Below are positions 57,955-64,000 of a stretch of 64,000 nt of DNA, in pieces. The DNA is taken from positions 6,030-70,029 of the forward strand of contig JBFHIZ010000001.1 in the NCBI GenBank assembly GCA_041596215.1, in the 5' to 3' direction. The DNA is from Lachnospiraceae bacterium (GTDB taxonomy: Bacteria > Bacillota > Clostridia > Lachnospirales > Lachnospiraceae). The notes beneath the pieces are model-generated. The model did no database searches. It was given only the letters and a program-made list of their open reading frames with translations, and was not told the DNA's origin. Both the position numbers and the translations under genes were made by a program. Numbering within the stretch: the stretch's first letter is position 1; the number at the start of each line of letters is the position of its first letter.

Positions 57955-58631
57955 ATCTTTTCCTCAAACATATTGCGAGTAACAGGTTCTATTTGAATGG
58001 TATCATCAATCACATGTGCTATATGCGGAGACTTTTTCATTTTTTTAATCGCTTTCTTAGCAATTTCAAAATGTTTATCTCCTATTGCAATATGCTCAGG
58101 ATCCATAGTGGATGCAAAAATGAAATGTTCCGATTTTTTATCAATACCCGCTATGGCTTCTCCATATAATGCTCCAAGAATTATAATATCTTTTTCCGAA
58201 GAAACACTGCATCCTTTCTCAACATTTCCAAGTATTATTACCGTAACATCCGATTCAATACTTTCTAAATTTGTTAACGATCCTTTGATGATCTTATTTT
58301 CTTTTATAACAATTTGATTTCTACTTGAAATTGTTTTCAGTTTATGAATTCTATTCTCAAATAGCTGCTCCATTTTTTTATTTTTCCCAGCAATACTACA
58401 AATTGAAAGATTTGAATTTTTTTCAATAGATTGTAAAATCAATTGTTCTTCTTCAATCGTTAATTCTCTTCCTTCTATCGATAATACAAGCGTTGCATCT
58501 TTAAAAAAATCTGCACCTTTTTTAAATTTCTTTCCAATTTCTAATAAAAGGTCTTCAAACTTGGTTTTTTCATCTAAAAACAATGAAATCCCATTTGGAT
58601 AGCTTTTTATCGTTACTTTTTCTATCTCCAC
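57948..58631 (-). CDS. minC: Septum site-determining protein MinC
   Basis: C-terminal beta-helix pattern VTVIILGNVEKGCSVSSEKDIIILGALYGEAIAG...EHIAIGD. GTG at 58631 follows AGGAG; the listed 58682 start would overlap the PBP gene. Confidence 0.7.
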   Translation of the reverse strand: MEIEKVTIKSYPNGISLFLDEKTKFEDLLLEIGKKFKKGADFFKDATLVLSIEGRELTIEEEQLILQSIEKNSNLSICSIAGKNKKMEQLFENRIHKLKTISSRNQIVIKENKIIKGSLTNLESIESDVTVIILGNVEKGCSVSSEKDIIILGALYGEAIAGIDKKSEHFIFASTMDPEHIAIGDKHFEIAKKAIKKMKKSPHIAHVIDDTIQIEPVTRNMFEEKIC

Positions 58632-58641
58632 AACTTTTCTC

Positions 58642-61467
58642 CTATTCTTCCGTTGTTCCAAATGAATCTGGCATAATTGCAAGTCCCTCCATGATTACTT
58701 CACTCGGTTCATTAAAATATGATAATAATATATTTTTTGATGCTTCTGCAGCATAATCTGATGAATAACCATATGCAATACGTGTTGAAATTGCAATTTC
58801 TGGATTATCATAAGGCGCAAATCCTAAAAATAAAGCATGATTTGCTCTTGAATTTGATTCTTGTGCTGTTCCTGTTTTACCAGCAACATCAATACTAATT
58901 GTGTTAAAATAAAATTTGCTTTCTACGACATTACGCATTCCTTCAAATACGACATCCCAAGTAGTATCACTAATTTCAACTTGATTTCTTACATTCGCAT
59001 TGTAATTTATAAGCAGATTGCCATTCGAATCTGTCATTTTATCCAATAAAGTCAAATCATAACATGTTCCTCGATTTGCAATTGTAGTAACATACCGTGC
59101 CAAACCAATTGTGGTAAAATCATTTGTTCCTTGTCCAATTGCCGATTGCACTGGATACTTATCCGAAACATTAGGTGTAGATTCTACAATTTCTACACCT
59201 GAAGTTTCGGATAAACCAAACATGTCTGCATATTTCGCTAATGTTTCAATTCCAACTTCACCATTATATCCATCTTCATCTTGGCTTAATCGATATCCTA
59301 CCTCGTAGAAAAATGAATTACAAGAATTTTTAATTGCTTCTACCGCATTTAAAGGTCCATGACTTCCAGGGTAAATCCAACAATGATATTCGCTTGTTAG
59401 TTTATCAAAAACACCTGTACAAGTAATTTTCGTAAATGGGTTAATGACTTCTTCTTCTAATCCAGCAATAGTTGTTATCATTTTAAATGTGGATCCAGGT
59501 GCTGTTTTTTGTTGGGTTGCATAATTCCACTGTGGATTTGATAAATCATTTGATATTTGTCGATAATATTCTGCATCAACTGAATTTGCTAATCGATTAT
59601 TATCATATCCTGGATACGTAACAAGTGCAATTACATTTCCTGTATTTACATCCGTAATAACACAAGACCCCGAACATGGATCTAATGCTAATTGTGCTGG
59701 CGTAATATCGAGATTACGTATTAAATCAATCATAAAATTATATGCACTAATTGTTCCATTTTCCAATTCATCCATTCTAGAAGAATCAATTTTTATCACA
59801 TCTTGTTCCCATAAAATCATACAAATTTCATTTCCGGTAATTATTACTTTGCGTAGCATATATTTATAGATTCTTTTTGAAAACTCTGTATTTTCATTTA
59901 ATTCTTTATTTATATATCGTAAAATACTATCATATACCTCTTCTGAATTCGAATATTGCCCTTCTAAATCCAATTTTGAAACATCAATCCATCGTAATGA
60001 AATTGCATATTCTAAATACTCTTTTAATGAAATCGTTTCATTAATTTTCCAATCAAGATACATTTCATCTTTTGTATCAATTAATTCCGTAGCAATGACA
60101 TCATTATCCTCTAACATGGATACAATAAAACTCTGATATATTTGATATTCTTCTTCTAATTGATTATAAACCAATCCATTGGTTTCTAATTCTTCATTTA
60201 ATGTTCCGATTACTTCTGCTTTATATTCTGAAAATTTTTCTTCCACATTCTTTTCTATTTGGCTTGCAGTATCATTTGAAAAAGCTTCTATATCAATAAT
60301 ATTATTATTGATTAGTGCATAATACACTTGCGTAATTGGTATTAATATTTTACTGTTTGATTCACCTTCTTTTAAGGTGAAATCTCTTTCATTAATAATC
60401 TTTGTAATCAATAATCCTGCAATCTGTCTTTCTAATATCTGATATGTATTTACTTGCACATCTCGATCAATCGTAAGATATATATCATTTCCAGCAACTG
60501 GTTCTTCTTCTGAAATCACTTCAATTACTTTCCCTAAATTATTAACAACAACTTCTTCCGTTCCTTTTTCACCCTGTAACTCTAATTCCATTTCTTTTTC
60601 AATTCCAGCTTTTCCTATCATATCATTCAAATCATAGGAGTCATCTAAACTTGAATAGGTTTCAAATTCACTTGTGGAAATTTTACCAGTATAACCAATT
60701 ATATGTGAAAAATAAGTTGCATCAACATATTTTCGCAGCGTATCTTCCTGAATATCCACCCCTAATAAATCATTTTGATTTTCATAAATCATTGCTACCG
60801 TTTCTTCAGATACTTCTTGTGCAACTGCAGTTGTAATGTATTTTTGATAACTATTAGCACTCATCGCATAACGAACTGTTAAAATTTTCAACGCCTCTTC
60901 TTTTGAATATCCCAAACCCACTACAAATTCACTTACTCCATCTGCGTTAATTTGATAATCACCAATTGCGTATCTTGTATTTCCTTCCAACAATAAAATA
61001 ATATCTTCTGCCGTTGCTGTTTCTTCTTCATAAGATAAATCTGCAATATAACTTTTTTCAAATACATCTGCTAAAAATCGTTTTAACGTAATCCCAGAAA
61101 CAGCAAAGTCATATGTTCCATTTTCATTTAAAACAATATTAAAATCATTAATGATACTATCTCCGTTCGCTTCAATCATCTGAATCATTCGATATATAGT
61201 GTCATTTAGATTTGCATTTTTATTTCCATTGGACTCATACAAATCTTGAATTGTAACGGAATATGCCAATTCATTATATGCGAGCAACTTTCCATTGGTA
61301 TCATAAATTTTACCACGAGAACTATCAATAGTTATTTCTTTTGTTGTCTGATAAGTAAAATTCTCCAAATACGATTCTCCATTAACAATTTGTAAATAAA
61401 AAATTCGATAAATAAGAACCATCGATAACAAAACAAATAAAATTATCATAATATATATTCTAGGCAT
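58642..61467 (-). CDS. mrdA: Class B penicillin-binding protein 2 (elongation transpeptidase), unusually long
   Basis: N-terminal TM segment, STFK, SCN, and KTGTAQ. The ATG at 61467 is preferred; the listed TTG at 61539 overlaps mreD by 56 nt. Start uncertain. Confidence 0.75.
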   Translation of the reverse strand: MPRIYIMIILFVLLSMVLIYRIFYLQIVNGESYLENFTYQTTKEITIDSSRGKIYDTNGKLLAYNELAYSVTIQDLYESNGNKNANLNDTIYRMIQMIEANGDSIINDFNIVLNENGTYDFAVSGITLKRFLADVFEKSYIADLSYEEETATAEDIILLLEGNTRYAIGDYQINADGVSEFVVGLGYSKEEALKILTVRYAMSANSYQKYITTAVAQEVSEETVAMIYENQNDLLGVDIQEDTLRKYVDATYFSHIIGYTGKISTSEFETYSSLDDSYDLNDMIGKAGIEKEMELELQGEKGTEEVVVNNLGKVIEVISEEEPVAGNDIYLTIDRDVQVNTYQILERQIAGLLITKIINERDFTLKEGESNSKILIPITQVYYALINNNIIDIEAFSNDTASQIEKNVEEKFSEYKAEVIGTLNEELETNGLVYNQLEEEYQIYQSFIVSMLEDNDVIATELIDTKDEMYLDWKINETISLKEYLEYAISLRWIDVSKLDLEGQYSNSEEVYDSILRYINKELNENTEFSKRIYKYMLRKVIITGNEICMILWEQDVIKIDSSRMDELENGTISAYNFMIDLIRNLDITPAQLALDPCSGSCVITDVNTGNVIALVTYPGYDNNRLANSVDAEYYRQISNDLSNPQWNYATQQKTAPGSTFKMITTIAGLEEEVINPFTKITCTGVFDKLTSEYHCWIYPGSHGPLNAVEAIKNSCNSFFYEVGYRLSQDEDGYNGEVGIETLAKYADMFGLSETSGVEIVESTPNVSDKYPVQSAIGQGTNDFTTIGLARYVTTIANRGTCYDLTLLDKMTDSNGNLLINYNANVRNQVEISDTTWDVVFEGMRNVVESKFYFNTISIDVAGKTGTAQESNSRANHALFLGFAPYDNPEIAISTRIAYGYSSDYAAEASKNILLSYFNEPSEVIMEGLAIMPDSFGTTEE

Positions 61468-61483
61468 ACTAATACCTATTAAA

Positions 61484-62017
61484 TTATTCTTCGGTTTCTT
61501 CTCCAAATTTTCTTGCACTCCTTTTATGAAGATTTTCAAAATAGCGATTTAATGATAAAATAATAGGATATAATACGAACGCAATAAGCATAGTATAGAG
61601 CAAACTAGGAATGAAGATTTCTATAATATACTGTCCAAATTCTATTTTTCCTCGCATTAAAAAACTAAACAAATATGTTAAAAATTCAATCATGAAATCA
61701 CTTAATAAAATCAGAACAATTGGTAATTTTATGTCTTCTGGATAAAAAGCTCTTCTAAAAAACCCATTCCAATAACCTACCAACATATAAATCAATGCAT
61801 AAAACCCTATATAGCCTCCAAAAAACATATCAATTAATATGCCACACATAAATCCTAAAATTAACCCCGTTTTTTTGCCTAACATAAATCCAAACGATGC
61901 TACTACAATAATCAGTAAATTTGGTGAAACACCCCCAAAAGTCAACTTTTGAAACAATGTACTTTGTAATATAAAACATATAAATGTAAAAAGAAAAAGA
62001 ATACTATTTTTCTTCAT
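61484..62017 (-). CDS. mreD: Rod shape-determining protein MreD
   Basis: 177-aa polytopic protein directly after mreC. Confidence 0.75.
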   Translation of the reverse strand: MKKNSILFLFTFICFILQSTLFQKLTFGGVSPNLLIIVVASFGFMLGKKTGLILGFMCGILIDMFFGGYIGFYALIYMLVGYWNGFFRRAFYPEDIKLPIVLILLSDFMIEFLTYLFSFLMRGKIEFGQYIIEIFIPSLLYTMLIAFVLYPIILSLNRYFENLHKRSARKFGEETEE

Positions 62018-62032
62018 GATATCCTCTCGATT

Positions 62033-62902
62033 CTAATCTAAAATAGTTTGCTTTGTTTGAAGAATAATAAGAACTTCATCTAAATGTTCAAAATCGACTG
62101 CCGCAGTCAATTCTCCTGACTTTGTCAAATTATTGGAATCCACATCAATGGAAGTAATATATCCAATTAAAATACCTGGTAAAAATTTACTTGATATGGA
62201 TGAAGTTACAATTTTATCACCTACGGATACCACATCATTGCTATCTAATAATTGAGAAAATCTAATATTTCCATCGTTCATTAACAATAAATCACCTGAG
62301 ACAATTAGGTTATCTGCCGTTGAAAGAACCGTTCCTGAGACATTTGAATTATCATCAATTATGGATTCAACTCTTGACCAAGTTGGTCCGACCTCAGTAA
62401 TTCTTCCGACCAATCCAGACCCTGCAATTACATTCATATCCACAAGAATCCCATCATCCGAACCTTTATCAATTAAAAAAGAATGAAACCAATTCCCCGG
62501 GTCTTTTGCTATAATTCTCGCCCCAACTTTTTCATATTCTGAATATTCTTGATCAAGTTCATATAAGGTACGCAAATTATTCAGTTCAAATTTCTCTTGT
62601 TGTAGAAGAATATTCTCATTTTTCAATAAATCCAACTGTTCTTTTAAACTTTCGTTTTCATTAATTAAGTCCTGTATATTTTCAAATTGAGTTGCTTGAT
62701 CTTGAATCCAAATACTGGCAGTGCTAATACCATTTTGAAATGGAACTATAGTTCGACCAATAACTCCACGAACTGTTCCTATTGGGATTTCAACTATAAA
62801 GCTTACCACCATAAGTATAATGCAACACGTTGATAAAATAATAAGCCAATATTTTGTTGGTAATTTAAGTTTTTCTTTTTTCTTTCTTGCTACGGGTTTC
62901 AT
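62033..62902 (-). CDS. mreC: Rod shape-determining protein MreC
   Basis: N-terminal TM segment, a coiled coil (ENESLKEQLDLLKNEN), and beta-barrel repeats (GLVGRITEVGP...). ATGA overlap with the mreB stop. Confidence 0.85.
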   Translation of the reverse strand: MKPVARKKKEKLKLPTKYWLIILSTCCIILMVVSFIVEIPIGTVRGVIGRTIVPFQNGISTASIWIQDQATQFENIQDLINENESLKEQLDLLKNENILLQQEKFELNNLRTLYELDQEYSEYEKVGARIIAKDPGNWFHSFLIDKGSDDGILVDMNVIAGSGLVGRITEVGPTWSRVESIIDDNSNVSGTVLSTADNLIVSGDLLLMNDGNIRFSQLLDSNDVVSVGDKIVTSSISSKFLPGILIGYITSIDVDSNNLTKSGELTAAVDFEHLDEVLIILQTKQTILD

Positions 62903-63909
62903 CTTTTCATTCCTTCAAATTCATAAATAACAGACTTATATGCACTGTTTTTTATTATTTTTTCAAGCCCTTTTGCAACACTAGTTTTTGGTTCTTCCGA
63001 TACATTGACTTTTAAATTGATTCCTTTACATAAAAGTTCCTTTAAATTTTTAACGCTTGAAGCAGCTCCCGTTAAATACATTCCATTTCGATATATATCT
63101 GCTGATAACTCAGGTGGTGTTCTTTCTAGAATTGATTTTACACTATCAATAATGGTATTAAAATTTTCTTCCAATGCACGATCAATCAAAGCTGTATGAA
63201 TCGATTTTTCAACTGGTAATCCGGTGACAATATCTCGTCCAAAAACAGTTGGTTCTTTCATTTCTTTTGAAATTTCAGTCAAAGAAATTTTTAATTGTTC
63301 TGCTGTTTTTGAACCAATTAACAGTCCATGTTCTTTCCGAACAATGCTTTTAATTGTTTCATCAAATTTCTTACCTCCCATTTTTACGAGCTTGCTAAGT
63401 ACAATTCCACCAAGCGATAAAATGGATACTTCGGTTGTATCATATCCAACATTTACAACCAAAACCCCTTCCGAGGTTTTTACATTTACACCTACACCAA
63501 ATGCATCAGCAATTGCTTTATTTACAACGTAAATTTTTTTTGCCTTTACATCTGCAGATTTTACCAAATCATAAAAAGCTCGTTGTTCAACTTCTGTTGC
63601 ATCCGAAGGAATTGCTATATAATACTCTGCTGCTTTTAAACCATCTTTTACTGTCTTTTCTAAAAATAATTTTAAAAGCACCTGCATACTCTTAATATCA
63701 CCAATTACCCCATTGGATAATGGTCGAAATATATGAATATTAGATGGTGCTTTTTCAAACATTTCATAAGCCTCATCCCCATATGCAAATAATACATTTT
63801 TATTTTCTACTGCTAAAATATTTCTCTCCGAATAAATTTTCCCATCCTGTGAAGAAAAAATTTTAATACTATCTGTTCCTAAATCGATTCCATAAGTTAT
63901 TAATCTCAA
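62899..63909 (-). CDS. mreB: MreB-family actin-like protein
   Basis: GIDLGTDSIKIF phosphate-1, VVNVGYDTTEVSI, and YLTGAAS. TTG start 8 nt after GGAG. The N-terminus diverges from canonical MreB. Confidence 0.75.
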   Translation of the reverse strand: MRLITYGIDLGTDSIKIFSSQDGKIYSERNILAVENKNVLFAYGDEAYEMFEKAPSNIHIFRPLSNGVIGDIKSMQVLLKLFLEKTVKDGLKAAEYYIAIPSDATEVEQRAFYDLVKSADVKAKKIYVVNKAIADAFGVGVNVKTSEGVLVVNVGYDTTEVSILSLGGIVLSKLVKMGGKKFDETIKSIVRKEHGLLIGSKTAEQLKISLTEISKEMKEPTVFGRDIVTGLPVEKSIHTALIDRALEENFNTIIDSVKSILERTPPELSADIYRNGMYLTGAASSVKNLKELLCKGINLKVNVSEEPKTSVAKGLEKIIKNSAYKSVIYEFEGMKR

Positions 63910-63910
63910 C

Positions 63911-64000
63911 TTATTTTCTCCTTTCTATATACCCCTTTTCAGCAAGGCTTGTATATATACGATTCCCAATAATTATATGATCTATTAATGGAATATTCAT
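63911..64000 (-). CDS. radC: RadC-family JAB-domain protein, C-terminal 29 codons (partial at window edge)
   Basis: The - strand reads ...NIPLIDHIIIGNRIYTSLAEKGYIERRK*, matching the RadC C-terminus (LxDHIIIG...S..E.G). The radC-mreBCD order is standard. Confidence 0.6.
   Translation of the reverse strand: MNIPLIDHIIIGNRIYTSLAEKGYIERRK

Overview
This is an AT-rich (about 30% G+C by eye) core chromosomal segment with Clostridia-like gene order, from a low-GC Gram-positive that looks motile and spore-forming. All calls rest on motif memory and reading the sequence; no searches were run. I count about 67 protein genes and no rRNA, tRNA, CRISPR array or obvious mobile element. Genes run almost entirely on the + strand from 1 to 42.7 kb: U32 peptidase tail, a CheX-like/CheY pair, ytfIJ-type sporulation genes, rpmB, yloUV-recG, parEC-like topoisomerase, rsmD-coaD, pseudouridine synthases, recU, a his operon, radical-SAM/rng, MCP, HD-GYP, liv ABC transporter, rplU-prp-rpmA-obg-yhbY-nadD-yqeK-rsfS. 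Genes run entirely on the - strand from 47.5 to 64 kb: radC-mreBCD-PBP2-minC-rodA-mgsA-dac, yggS-sepF, aroB-lspA-rluD. A mixed zone lies between them, with lexA, an SOS-controlled yneA-like gene and a Xer-family recombinase. The best candidate for something undescribed is the 297-aa ORF at 1231..2124. It has three to four MshEN-type (c-di-GMP receptor-like) 24-residue repeats with exact 5-residue spacers, fused to an intact CheC/CheX phosphatase motif. It sits in an operon with a stand-alone CheY and converges on an HD-GYP phosphodiesterase. Other points worth a second look: a degenerate HisF-like barrel fused to HisIE in a his operon lacking hisH/hisA; a soluble MCP with a C-terminal zinc-binding (CZB) module next to a GAF-HD-GYP sensor, inside a ~9 kb block that splits the usual rng-rplU linkage; minC without minDE; an ArAE/FUSC-HAD fusion; an 18-bp perfect inverted repeat upstream of lexA; and the convergent strand switch beside the recombinase.
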